DNA of 64,000 nt. It comes from Heptranchias perlo. Taxonomy: Eukaryota. Under the pieces are notes generated by a model, which saw nothing but the letters and a program-made list of their open reading frames with translations, ran no database searches and was not told the origin of the DNA. The translations under genes were made by a program, and so were the position numbers. Below, one piece after another: positions 35,957 to 48,214 of this stretch. Positions within the stretch are counted from its first letter, which is position 1. Each line of letters opens with the position of its first letter. The stretch covers positions 73,532,001-73,596,000 of the forward strand of contig NC_090326.1 in the NCBI RefSeq assembly GCF_035084215.1. The letters run 5' to 3'.

Positions 35957-36066
35957 GTCTCGGTACCAGCACAGCAAAAGAGGCAAAAGAATACTTTTCT
36001 GATATGGACAGACACCGCATAATGTTTAGATACGCTGGTCCGGAGGATGATGCTGCAATTACCCTG
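35957..36066 (+). CDS. TOP2B: TOP2B exon j (GLGTSTAKEAKEYF...DDAAITL)
   Basis: cacag| ... |gtatta, 110 nt. Confidence 0.95.
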
Positions 36067-36468
36067 GTATTATATATAACAGTGTTGTGGAAGATTTCAA
36101 CTTGTCTATTTTTTAAATGAATTCAGATAAAAGGTTTCAGGGCAAAAGCCATATTCAGCCGAAGTGTTGTATTTAAACATCGTGATCGCACTATTGCCAT
36201 TCATTTCAGAGAATCGTTAAAATAAACTCCTGGGGATTAAAAATACTAAAATTAACTGTTTTTGGTCCAAAGAATTCTATTGGCAGACAGTTTTTTTTAA
36301 GTTAAGTCATGATTTGATTAGTTCATAATTTAGTTGTGTTTGGTAAAGCATTTCTTAGTGGTATTGTGACTTCATGGATAATCAGTAGCTAGAAACTGTA
36401 ACATGGTGACCTTTCTACAGTGTACCAGCTGTCTTTAATGCTACAATTAGAAAATGTCAATATCTCAG

Positions 36469-36561
36469 GCTTTCAGCAAAAAGAAGATAGACGATCGAAA
36501 AGAATGGCTGACCAATTTCATGGAAGACAGAAGACAGAGAAGGCTACATGGTTTGCCAGAG
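36469..36561 (+). CDS. TOP2B: TOP2B exon k (AFSKKKIDDRKEWL...LHGLPE)
   Basis: ctcag| ... |gtctgt, 93 nt. Confidence 0.95.
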
Positions 36562-36646
36562 GTCTGTGGTATTGAATTGTCATTACTATCTAATGTTCTA
36601 TTCTATTGTGTTTATGATTATGACTTTTCAAAATCTAATTTTACAG

Positions 36647-36761
36647 CAATACTTATATGGAACAGCAACAAAGTACTTGACCTACAATGACTTCATCAAC
36701 AAGGAATTAATCCTTTTCTCAAATTCTGACAATGAAAGGTCCATTCCTTCTCTTGTTGATG
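36647..36761 (+). CDS. TOP2B: TOP2B exon l (QYLYGTATK...ERSIPSLVD)
   Basis: ttacag| ... |gtaagc, 115 nt, ends phase 1. Confidence 0.95.
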
Positions 36762-37451
36762 GTAAGCATTTGATTATAAAGTTAATTTCCCTTTTTCCTA
36801 GAAAAACAGTATTAAAGTGATTATTTATTTATGGTGTGGGTTTATAGTTATCAGAATTGTGTCCAAAAGTGAAGTCTGTGTCTTTATCAACATCTTATAA
36901 TAAAATAAGTCCCAGTTTTCAGTTTAGCTGAAGACATGGGGCTCAATTTTAAAAGCAAAGTCCGGGTACGTTGAGGGCTGGAGGGGGGCAAAGAAGATCG
37001 TTTTTTTTTGAGCGGGCAGAAATCCTGGCTGAAGGACGCGCACGACCCAGAGTCATCTGGGTGCGCGCGCTGTTCCTGAACCCGGAAGTCCTGCCGGCAA
37101 TTAAAGCCGGTTGGACGATATTTAAACCACTAAATCAACTTGTTAAAGTTGCTTAAATTTAGATTGAAGGCAAGCGATTTCAAAGCTGCCTCAACGTGTT
37201 TCCCATACTGTGTGAAACACGCCATGGTGAAGGAGTCGTGTTTCAGCTGGCGACCATTTGGATGTTTAAATGCCTGTTTGACAGATGGAGATAAAAGGTG
37301 AGTTATTGCAGCAGGGCACTCAGTTCTCTCAGACAAACTTTTGGCTGGCAGATCTTTGTGTTAAGACAGAGAATTCTTGGTTTCCACTGAGACATTGTTC
37401 TGTTTACACATATTTACCAACTTTCCAGACCCCCTCAAACTGACACTCAGG

Positions 37452-38513
37452 ATGGGGGTGCACAATGGCTGCATTCACCACTACGGCCGAGGACGAGGAA
37501 CGTCACCATCCTTGCCAGGCACGGCGTGCACTTCCGCCACTTGGCCCTCCACAACACAGTGCTGCACCACAGGCACCTGCACAAGAGCACAGAGGGGAAC
37601 AACAGAGGGAGTGATGTTGCAGGAGGCACTACCCTCGTCAGAGGGTCTACAGACTGAGGCTCAGCTTCCTGGACCTCTCTGAGGAGCTGTGAATACGGAG
37701 GCAGAGAATGAGTCGCCAGGTAGTTGCAGACATCTGCAGCCTCCTTCATGCCGAGCTGCTCCTGGCTGGGCCTGGCAGCATGTCATTACCCGTCGCAGTT
37801 AAAGTCACCACTGCCCTCAACTCCTTCGCCTCCGGATCATTCCAGAGTGCCACCGGTGACATCACCAGAGTCTCTGTTGTCTGCACACAAGTGCACGAGG
37901 CAGGTCGCCGACAGATAGTTTCGCAGGGCCTCGCAATATGTCAACTTCCCCATGGAAGACCTCAGCCAGATGGAGAGGGCAGTGGGATTCCACTCTATGG
38001 CTGGCTTCCCACGTGCACAGGGTGCAATCGATTGCATGCATATAACAATCTGAGCACCTCCACACATGAACAGTCCTGGCCCCAACAGAAAGGGGCATCA
38101 GTCCATCAGTGCTCAGCTCATTTGTGACCGCCGCAAAAGATCTCTTCACGTGTGCGCCAGATTCCCTGGCAGCTGCCACGATTCGTTCATTCTGAGGGAA
38201 CCCAACATCCCGGGCCTCTTCCATGCACCGAACGTGCAATTGGGCTGCTCAAGATGTGATTTTGGTGCCTCAATCGTTCTGGGGGAGCTCTTCAATGCGC
38301 ACCAGCGAGAGTGGGTCGCATTATAGTAGTTTGTTGTGTCCTACACAACATGGTGCAACAGAGAGAGGTACCGGTTGAGGAGGCCTCATCCACCATCCAC
38401 ATCTGCCACCCACTTTGAGAAGGAGGAGGAGCAGGAGGACGAAACCACAGGCAGAGCAGCGGCTCACCTCGCTGCTCATGAGGCCAGGGAATCACTCGTG
38501 AACGGTTCTTGTA
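37452..38513 (+). pseudogene. Harbinger transposase pseudogene of element 2
   Basis: RQVVADICSLL, VAVKVTTALN, ARFPGSCHD fragments in shifting frames; stops; the GDKGY-to-catalytic-E segment is deleted near 38237. Confidence 0.88.
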
Positions 38514-38855
38514 AGATCAGAAAGTGTGAAGAGTCCAGTCCCCCCTCCATCTGGGAAAAAAACAGCGCCAACACCAGCCCCGCCGCCGCCCCCCCCCCCC
38601 CCCCCCCACCCCGGCTCAATACAGCCATGCAACTACACATACGCCCACTGTAAAGTGACCTACTGGTGGCATCAAGTATTGCCGTTCATGATGAAGCACA
38701 TTAAAGGGCCCTTTCACAAAAGCTAGTCAAGAATGGGCAAGACATGGCAGTAGTGGTGAGAATGACAACATTTAATGTGACCAACAAAAACCAAATATAA
38801 ATGAAAAACATGACAGTATGTCAGTCACCCTTGTGCTCACCCTTCATGATCACAA

Positions 38856-41085
38856 ATCCTTAGCCTTTCTCTTCCTACCGCTTCTACGTGGTGCATCCCC
38901 TGTGGCTGCAGCAGAGGTAGTGGCAGGTTGCTCATGTCCATGGCTGGACTGCTTAGATGCTTTCGGCCAAGCCCTCCGGGTTTTGGAGCCCAGGAGGGCC
39001 CCTCCAAAGACTGCTCCACCTGCACCTGTGCAGGGGCAGACTCGGCCATCAGGAGAGGAGGCAGCATTGTGGGTACTGGTTGAGAGGGGGGAGCCGGTGA
39101 GACGTGGGAGTGCTTTGAGTGGCGTCCCCACTTCCATGTCCCCTTTCATCATCATCCCTCTCCTGGACCAGGCCCACGTCACCCCTACCATCCTGCTGGA
39201 GAAAAGTTTGGAGGACATGTACGATGCATTGGAAGCCCAGTTGTAAAGTTTCTGTCTGCTTGTTTAAGGCAGCAGGATGTTGTTGGTGGAGAGAAATCTA
39301 GAATGCTAAAGGGAAAAGACAAAGAAGCAGTGCAGGAAAGTGATTGATTGGGGTAAGGATAACCAGATTGTGTCAGGAAGAGACAGAGCGTACAAACAAA
39401 AGACAACAACTAGGGTCCGGTTAAGAAAAAATGGTAATAAGACAAATAGGGCCATAGTACAAAAAAATGTTAAGATGTCTAAAAATGTTAAAAAGACAAA
39501 TCTAAAGGCACTGTATCTGAATGCACGAAGCATTCGTAATAAGGTAGATGAATTAACAGCGCAAATAGATGTAAACGGATATGATCTAATAGCAATTACA
39601 GAGACATGGCTGCAGGGTGACCAAGGCTGGGAGTTGAATATCCAAGGATATTCGGTATTTAGGAAGGACAGCCAAAAAGAAAAAGGAGGTGGGGTGGCGT
39701 TGTTAGTAAAGGATGAAATCAGAGCAATAGTGAGAAGGGATATTGGCTTAGAAAATCAAGATGTAGAATCAGTCTGGATGGAGTTAAGAAGCACCAAGGG
39801 GCAGAAAACACTGGTGGGAGTTGTCTATAGACCTCCAAACAGTAGTGGTAATGTAGGGGATGGCATCAAACAGGAAATTAGAGATGCATGTAACAAGGGT
39901 ACTACAGTAACCATGGGTGACTTTAATCTTCATATAGACTGGCCAAACCAAATTAGCAATAATACTGTGGAGGATGAATTCCTGGAGTGTGTACGAGATG
40001 GTTTTCTAGACCAGTATGTTGAGGAGCCAACCAGGAATAGGCTATCCTAGGTTGGGTATTGTGCAATGAGAAGGAGTTGAAATGTTTCAATGAGAGGGGA
40101 TCTTAACCCAACTAACTGACTACTAGGACCCACTGAGGTGTGAGTACCTACGCTGTTGTATGGCTCACTAAGATGTGTCGGTCCGGCCTCTGAGGAATCG
40201 TCCTCTGCTGTCACCGGTCGTTGAAGGGCCTCTAAGAAAACAGAAGGAAATATTAAGCATCATCACAGATGTGTCATGTTGCGATGAGCATACTGAGGTG
40301 TTCCACATTGCAAGCATTGTTAACATCAGTTCATGTTGTGTGTGATGAATGTTAAAGTTGTGTCACCAGACGTTTGTGGGGTGCCAGCCACGGCATCCCC
40401 ACGGACAGGCACGCGAGGGTGCAGCTGATCTCCAGCGCCGCCACCTCCGTGTCTGTGAGGACCACTATTTGTTGTGGCCCCCCCCCCCCCTCCAGTCCTC
40501 GCCCTCTCGCGTGCATTTTGCACGCTCTTCTAGATGGGGAGAAAGTACAGATGTGTGAGTGACGGTGAAGTGGCCAACCATGAACGCATTGCTTTGGGTG
40601 AGGCTAACCATGAAAGAGGTGCATCAGAGGGTGAGTATGAGACAGAGACATCACATTGCATCAGGATTGGGGTGAGTGGCAGTGGTGGGGTCACAAATGG
40701 GGAGGTCAAGAAGTGCTGGTAAGTTGAGGATGAGCCTTAAGTGGGTGTGAGGAACGATGTGATGGAGTAGTATTGGCAGTGCAGAATGAGTTGGGAGGGC
40801 GGGGGTGATGTGCAACACGGAATACAGGAGAATCGGTAAGTGTACTCACTTTTGCTGACCTAGTTAGGTCATTGAAACGCTTCCTGTACTGGACCCAGGT
40901 GCGGGATATGTTGCTGCTGGTGACCTCCTCTGCCACCTTGAGCCAGGCTTTCTTGGTGGCAGAGGCAGGGCGCTTCCTCCTGTTGGCTGGGTAAAATAGT
41001 TCCTCCCTCCTCCTCACCCCGGCCAGTAGCAGCTGAAGTGAGGCATTGCTGAATCTTGGAGCGACCTTGCCCCTCTACTGCTCAC
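38856..41085 (-). pseudogene. Harbinger Myb-like ORF2 pseudogene of element 2, interrupted by a CR1 fragment
   Basis: RRREELFYP...AWLKVAEEV...RTWVQYRKRFNDLTRSAK|GTGAGT, NARERARTGGG, C-terminal PATTSAAATGDAPRRSGRKRKAKDL. Confidence 0.82.
39283..40073 (+). mobile_element. CR1 LINE internal fragment (APE endonuclease) nested in Harbinger element 2
   Basis: ORF 39340..40050: YLNARS, ITETWL, VYRPP, GDFN; its 3' half closely matches 22670-23070. Confidence 0.88.
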
Positions 41086-41803
41086 TTGGGTCTTCTTGCT
41101 CTTTGCTGCAGCAAAATCCATTGGAGCAATGGCCCTTTAAATCTAGACGCTGCAGCTGACGGCCTGTCATGCGGGTGCGCAGCTTTCGGACGGCAAACCC
41201 GGAAACAAGATTAATGGCCACCAATTAAGTCGCGATTGCGTGGGGAAAGATAAGTTTTTATTCGTCAGGTTTGCCGCTTATTGACCGTTGCCATCCCCCT
41301 GCCCTTTCAAAATTGAGCCCATGTAATCTAAAGTCTGTTTACTCCTTCCCCATGGCAACCAGCTTGTCGACCTCAAATATTGGGAAATTGTAATACAGGA
41401 ATCCTATGATTTCAGGCTGTTTAGAACCTACACACAAGATATAATGAAATACAAACAGAATTAGAATAATCTAACTTGTTTCGTATAGTTTTTTTAAAAA
41501 TTGGTATATCTTTTTGACTTAAAACAAGTTTTATTTTTGATGAATTTGTTTCCCAATCAGTGCTAATGGTAAATACACCATCTTATCATGACTTAATGGA
41601 ATACATACATTTGACGGATATTGTTCTCTTTTCCCAGCTTTGGAAAAAAGTTCCCAGCCTCATGCCCTTGGATTATTCTAGCCCCATGAAATTCAAGCTT
41701 TGTATAGACATGGCTCAACATGTAGAACCAGCATTTAGAAGAAGTAAAACTGTATCTTAAAGCTAAATAGTATTGTAACTTTTGTATAAATCTTTTATTT
41801 CAG

Positions 41804-41925
41804 GTTTGAAACCCGGGCAGCGAAAAGTCTTATTTACATGCTACAAGAGAAATGACAAACGAGAAGTTAAAGTTGCTCAATTGGCAGGTTCAGTGGCTGA
41901 AATGTCAGCCTATCACCATGGTGAG
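41804..41925 (+). CDS. TOP2B: TOP2B exon m (GLKPGQRKVLF...SAYHHGE)
   Basis: tttcag| ... |gtaagt, 122 nt. Confidence 0.96.
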
Positions 41926-42124
41926 GTAAGTGAAACAGCAACATTTTTCTGTGCTGCGTCTGTAGTTCATCTCACATAACAATTAGACCCGGACATTAGG
42001 TTTGTAGCATAGTTTTTGCATAAGCGTCTGCCACGAGTGCAGAGGTAAATTCAGAACCACTTTTTGATCACGTATGTTTGTATTCACAGAAGGCCAGTCT
42101 TTATTTTGTATCCAAAAAATGGAC

Positions 42125-43738
42125 TGACTACTTGGCTGCAACCTAGGCATCGAATTAGGACATGACGATGACACAACCAACTCAGTTGACCCTGCAAAAT
42201 CCTCTTCACTAACATCTGGGGACTGGTGCCGTTGTTGGGAGTGCTGTCCCACAGACTAGTCGACTAACAGCCTGACATATAGTCACACTCACAGAATCAT
42301 ATTTATCAGCCAATGTCCCAGACTGCTCCATCACCATCCCTGGGTATGCCCTGTTCCACTGGCAGGGCAGACCTACCAGTGTTGACACAGTGGTGTACAG
42401 TCAGATGGTAGTGGCCCTGAGTGTCCTCAACATTGTCTCTGGACCTCATAAAGTCGCATGGCCTCAGATTAAACATGGGCAAGGAAACTCCTGCTGATTA
42501 CCACCTACCACCCTCCCTTGGCTGATGGATCATTACTCCCCATGTTAAACACCATTTGGAGGAAGCACTGAGGGTAGCAAGGGCACAGAATATACTCTGG
42601 GTGGGGGAATTTTAATGTCAGAATTTTAATGTCTATCACCAAGAATGACTCAGTAGTACCACCGCTGACTGAGCAGGCCGAGTCCTGAAGGACATAGCTG
42701 CCAGACTGGGCTTGCAGCAGGTAGTGAGAGAACCAACACAAGGGAATAACTGGAAGACCAAATCCCATCTTCACACTGAGGGCACTCCCCAGTGTGTAAT
42801 GTGCCACTACCATTGTACTAAATGGGATAGATTAAGAACAGATCTAGCAGCTCAAACTGGGCATCCATGAGGTACTGTGGATCATCAGCAACAGAATTGT
42901 ATTTCATCACAATCTGTAACTTCATGGCCTGCCATATCCCTCAAACCTCCATCATTATCAAGTCTGGTTCAATGAAGAGTGTGGAAGAGCATGCTAGGAG
43001 CAGAACCAGGCGTACCTGAAAATGAGGTGATGATGTGGTGAAGCTACAACACAGGACTTACATGCATGCTAAACAGCAAAAGCAGCATGCTATAGACCGA
43101 TCCAAGCGGTCACACAACCAACGGATCAGGTCAAAGCTCTGCAATCCTGTCACATACAACCATGAATGGTGGTGGACAATTAAGTAACTAACAGAAGGAG
43201 CAGGCTCTATGAACATCCCCCATCCTCAATGATGGCGGAGCCCAGCACGTGAGTGCAAAAGGCAAGGATGAAGCATTTGCAACCATCTTCAGCTAGAAGT
43301 AGAGTGAGGTCCTCATCATAACAGATGCTAGTCTTCAGCCAGTTTGATTATTTCCATGTGACATCAAGAAATGGCTGAGTGCACTGGACACAAGAAAAAC
43401 TACGAGCCCGACAACATGCTGGCTGTATTGCTGAAGACCTATGCTCCAGAACTAGCCGTGCCTCTAGCCAAGCTGTTCCAGTACAGCTACAGTGCTGGCA
43501 TCTACCTGATAATGTGGAAAAAAGCCTAGGTATGTCCTGAACACAAAAAGCAGTACAAATCCAACTCGGCTGAAAACCACCCTGTCAGCCTATACCCAAT
43601 CATCAGCAAAGCGATGGAAGTAGTAATCAACAGTGCTATCGAGTGGCACTTACTCGCCAATAGCCTGCTCACCAATGCTCAGTTTGGGTTCCACCAGGAC
43701 CACTTGGCTCTAGACCTCATTACAGCCGTGGTCCAAAT
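42125..43738 (+). mobile_element. Decayed 5'/central part (endonuclease to early RT) of the LINE family at 7387-8794
   Basis: 43540-43738 is the reverse complement of 8570-8790; upstream endonuclease-like remnants. Confidence 0.75.
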
Positions 43739-43779
43739 CCTGAGAATGAATATTTTTTAAAAAACTATACATCAATGGA

Positions 43780-44900
43780 GACGATTTGTAAAAATGTCCT
43801 GGAAGCAGCCAGGGAACTGGGTAGTAGCAGTTGAGGTTGCATACCATTTGCTGTTTAGCAAGTCATTGCTTTGATACTGGGTTACATAGAATCCTGGAGT
43901 AATAGATAACAGTGTATTAGACATAGATGGAAATGTTTTTGGTGAGGTGGGTAAAAGGAAGCGATTACAATTTTTCTGCTCCAAATCCAATTGGAAACTA
44001 TCATTCAACAAGAAATCTTGGTATATTTGAGGAGCAGCTTGATCAGAGTGCCAAATTAAGTAGTGCTAATTGACTGCCAATGGCTGAATCACACCAACAG
44101 TTGAGCTGAAACCAGAGCAGCCAAGTGTATTTGATGAGTACTTCAATTTTCAGGTGCTTGGAGATTTGATCTGCTTGTGGAGGACTTAGATTAAGGTCAA
44201 AATTTGGAATGAGAGGCAACTGTTGGGCTTTTATTTCCAGATTGCTTTAATGAAATGAAACACTGGTGGATGCTCTCCTAATGAACTTGATGGAAGAGGA
44301 TCATAGAGGACTGAGATGGATTTCAGCCACAGGGAAAGATGCTGTGGATACTTGAGAACAGAAACATAGCAAAGGAGAGGGGAATTAATACTTTGGCCTT
44401 CCTGAAGGCCTGTCTTAATCTACAGTGTTTGCTAATGTGAAAACAAATGAACACGGGCTGTCCATGTGTTGGATCGAGCCCTGCTGAAAGATTTGCCAAT
44501 CCTGCAAGTATATCAGCCTGAGTGCTATCTCTGAAATCAAATGCAAACCCTGTATAGATGTCTACGAATGGAGTGAAAGCACATCAATGTGGGATTGCCT
44601 TTGGTTCGTACATGGAGTAAGGCTGAAGTAAGATAATGGATTCTACACATTCTGTTTATTTTGGATGTGACCTTTTTGGAAACCTTGAGGAAGGACTCCA
44701 CCACTGACTTAGGGATTTCTGGAGTTAACCTGTTCAAGACCAGGGCTATCTGGCATTAAAGACATCCAGGTGTGATCTTGGGCACAACAACAGTGAGATT
44801 CTAGATCAAAATCTCTAGGTCCTCCTCATCTGACATCTCAGAAATGGACTGCCAAATATCCTTATGGAAATTTGGGATGGGGTTGATAGAACTACTGGAA
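43780..44900 (-). pseudogene. Possible ancient Harbinger transposase fossil
   Basis: Collinear weak remnants: SISEMSDEE (cf. SFMDLSEEQ), KVSKKVTSKIN (cf. AVKVTTALN), a QGxIDxTH-like stretch near 44470 and a WLLGDKGY-like stretch near 43850. Confidence 0.35.
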
Positions 44901-45027
44901 GGTTTTTGATGATCTGTTGAGGTATGGATGTTCTGGGCACTGTTGGGCGACCAGGTTCTCAAACCACAATCTCCAGAACCTACGGGGATTGTGAAAAGGT
45001 AGCCAAAATTGATGCAAGACTTTCTCT

Positions 45028-45252
45028 TGTGCATCCCGCTTCACCATTGGCGGCTGTGCTTTCAGCCACCTAGGCCTCACACTTTGGAATTTCCCCCCTA
45101 AACCTCTCTGCTTCACCTTTCTCTCCTCCGTAAAGACCCTCCTTAAAACTCACCTATTTAGCAAAACATTTGGTCATCTTTCCGAATCTTTAGCTTGGTG
45201 TCCATTTTTTTGATTGTACCTTTGTGACGCTAAAGAATATAAGCTGTTGTTG
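45028..45252 (+). mobile_element. L2 LINE 3' end
   Basis: ccattggcggctgtgctttcagc...ctccttaaaac... L2 3' signature. Confidence 0.65.
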
Positions 45253-45559
45253 TCAGAATGGCACAAACCCTCGTCTGTAGCAGCTGAGGAGAAATTTGTG
45301 AGCCAGATTTTTGATTGTGACTTTTCCCCAATGCAGGTACAGCACAGAGCACATCACCCCACAATCTGGCACTTTCGGATTGAGCAGGGAAGGAAGCATA
45401 TAGATAGCAGCACTCCAAAAGATTCTTTTATGGGAATTGAACACAACTTTTGACAGAAAACTCACCAGCAGGTCCCATAAGGAAAATGAGTGGTCATTAA
45501 CTCCTTCAGCCAGTGTCAGATGCATTATTGCTGGTACTGGTCATTAGAAATGTAAAAAA

Positions 45560-45650
45560 GATTCATTTATGTAGTGCTTTTTATGACTTCAGGGTGCCCC
45601 AAAGCACTTCACAGCCAATGTAGTTTTCAAGTTTAGTCACTGTTGTATGT
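45560..45650 (-). mobile_element. Deu SINE tail fragment
   Basis: Matches 21675-21760. Confidence 0.55.
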
Positions 45651-46755
45651 AGTCCTGGTCAGTGCTGAGGGCTGGCAACGAGTGGGGAATCCCTGCCAGC
45701 AGCAGCTGCAAAGCAACGCCACTCTTTTGAGGGGATTCCACCAATGCCAGATGTGTGGAGGGCTGAAGTCAGTACCAATGCTGGTTCCGATTCGGTACTG
45801 AATGGGAGCGGAGTTAATTTGAGCTCTGAGTCCACTGGTGGACTTCAGAGTTTGAAGCCGTGTAAAGACTGAAGGCTGGGATTACAGACGCCAATGCCAC
45901 TACGTTGAAGGAATTGCCCCGTCAGACTTTAAAGGTAGTAGTTTAGATTGAGCAGATGGGCTTTTGATTTTGTGAGTCATTAATGTTTCTCGTAGAAATC
46001 GAAGGAGGAGGCAGCTGTCATGATCAAGATCTGTTCAGTTATAAGTAGCTGAGGGGGAATAGATCCTATCTATGCTATATGCAGCTTGGGCACTAGGAAC
46101 CAAGGTGCTTTATCCATGCTTATGAACTCCCAAGTAAGCATAGAATGGAGGCGATGAAGGTACTCGCTGTGTGCAGATGGAAAATAATGGTGATCTTGCC
46201 ATATTGTGTTTGCTATGAGGCATTTCAAAAATTTATTGCGCCCATCTGCTGAAAGATAGACACGAGACAGCAAAATGCAGTGCTTAAAGCCATTATTGAA
46301 TATTTTATTGAAAATCCATCAATGTCGAAGTAGACCTTAACTATGCTATTACATAAGACTGACAAAAAATAAAGTTTTGAAGTAATATTTTTGTCTGAAA
46401 CATGAAATCTGACATGACAGCATGTGGAATGTTTTACTCCGAAGTTGGGGGGAAAAATTAACCAAAGCCTCTAAGGCGAGGCTACCTTATGTTGAGTGGG
46501 AAGAAGTCATAAGGGGGCACCTCTGATGCCAGTGCCATTACATTACAAAACTCTTTTAAAGGGGAGATTGTACTTTTTTGATTTCCACCCTCCCCCCATC
46601 CCCCCCCCCCCCAAAGTGCTGGCTAGCTCCAGCAGTATGTGAGGATATGTATTGAATTGAAATTAAATACTTGTGATTATTGTCTATGAAGTTTCAGTTG
46701 CAACACAGAATTGGCTTGCTTATTTATTATATAAGGAACTTTTTTTTCTTTTCAG

Positions 46756-46904
46756 CAAGCACTTATGATGACCATCGTAAACTTGGCTCAAAACTTTGTA
46801 GGAAGCAACAATATAAGTTTGTTGCAACCAATTGGTCAGTTTGGTACCAGACTGCACGGTGGCAAAGATGCTGCCAGTCCTCGTTATATTTTCACCATGT
46901 TAAG
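46756..46904 (+). CDS. TOP2B: TOP2B exon n ([14 protein letters not shown]...[11 protein letters not shown]), catalytic tyrosine at 46885-46887
   Basis: tttcag| ... |gtaagt, 149 nt; SPRY active-site motif. Confidence 0.96.
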
Positions 46905-47350
46905 GTAAGTCGAAATAAAAGCATCTAAACGCTGATTTGAAAACAATAGGTTCATGTTTCACGTGTACACGTTTCACCATAACTCTTGAAACACTAACTA
47001 GTCTTTTCTCTCAAATACTGGCAGACCTGCTGTGTAGTTCCAGAATTTTATCACATTTTCGGTTTTTTCTTTTTGCAATTACTAATGTGCTGCATGTGTA
47101 TTTATCAGTATTACATTTCACCTTTCTAGCCAGTTTATTTTCAATGCTTTGACAAAATTATACGTAATTGTACTTTTAAGAAGTTTCCGTTGTAATTATA
47201 TAGAAACGTGATTATTGAATTCTTAAAAAATAATTTTATTTTTCAGACAGTATGTGGTTAATTTACAATATAGTGGCTAATTTTTCTGACTATTAAATCT
47301 TTACTGAAGTATCTTAATTTTGAGGTTAAACTTGTTGCATTTTATTTTAG

Positions 47351-47582
47351 TCCATTGGCACGTTTGCTTGTCCCTCATGTGGATGACAATTTACTGAAGT
47401 TCCTTTATGATGACAACCAGCGAGTAGAGCCAGAATGGTACTGCCCCATAATTCCCATGGTCCTCGTTAATGGAGCTGAAGGTATTGGTACAGGATGGGC
47501 TTGTAGAATTCCTAATTATGATACCAGGGAGCTAGTCAACAATGTCAGGCGGATGCTGGATGGCCTGGATCCCCTTCCTATG
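47351..47582 (+). CDS. TOP2B: TOP2B exon o (SPLARLLVP...NGAEGIGTGW...DPLPM)
   Basis: ttttag| ... |gtaaat, 232 nt. Confidence 0.95.
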
Positions 47583-47754
47583 GTAAATAGTGGAGAATAT
47601 ATGTGCCATTTTGTTTAAACTAATTTTTTTGTCAAATTTAACACAATTCACCATGTTTTATACATGTAAAATATGTGTTTTGCATAACTTTGGACTAGTA
47701 TATCGTTCAAGAAAGTATATTTTTTGATAACTGAAGAAGACCTTGTAAGATATT

Positions 47755-47899
47755 GGGAATGAAATTGGTCTATGCCAGTATGGGTGTGTAATGAGTTGGC
47801 AGCCTGTTTTACACCATACCTAATCGGGACTGTGTAAAACGGACTGTCGACTTGCTATGGCTCCATTTCGCACTACTGGTGCAGACCAATTTCAGTCTC
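47755..47899. mobile_element. Palindromic MITE, 145 bp
   Basis: TIRs GGGAATGAAATTGGTCT / AGACCAATTTCAGTCTC plus inner inverted arms gttttacac / gtgtaaaac. Confidence 0.7.
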
Positions 47900-47990
47900 A
47901 ATGTTTTAAGATGAGAACTAAGGGTATAAAGTCATAATTCTGCCAACCTAGCCAACCGTTTACTTAAAGTGAAAAGCTTAACTGAAACAT

Positions 47991-48181
47991 GGGGTAGTTT
48001 CCGCTAGTTTTGCACCCAGATTGCAGTGCAATTGGCCGAACCAGCGCAAAACATCAAGGAATTTTATACATGAGTTACGCCCAAAACCACTGTGATTATG
48101 CAAATGCATTTTATCGGAAATTTGAACTGCAACCTAACAAGCGCAATTTCCCAATTGCACCCAAAGCGGAAACTCTACCCC
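47991..48181. mobile_element. Harbinger-type MITE, about 190 bp
   Basis: TIRs GGGGTAGTTTCCGCT / AGCGGAAACTCTACCCC (2-nt indel). Confidence 0.65.
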
Positions 48182-48214
48182 TTTATCTTGAACCCCTTTA
48201 TTGGAAACCAAGAT

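Larger units (their letters stand above)
36939..41320 (+). mobile_element. Decayed PIF/Harbinger transposon (element 2), related subfamily
   Basis: TIR GGGCTCAATTTTAAAAG / CTTTCAAAATTGAGCCC (16/17); TSD ATG (36936-36938 / 41321-41323); collinear with element 1. Confidence 0.92.
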
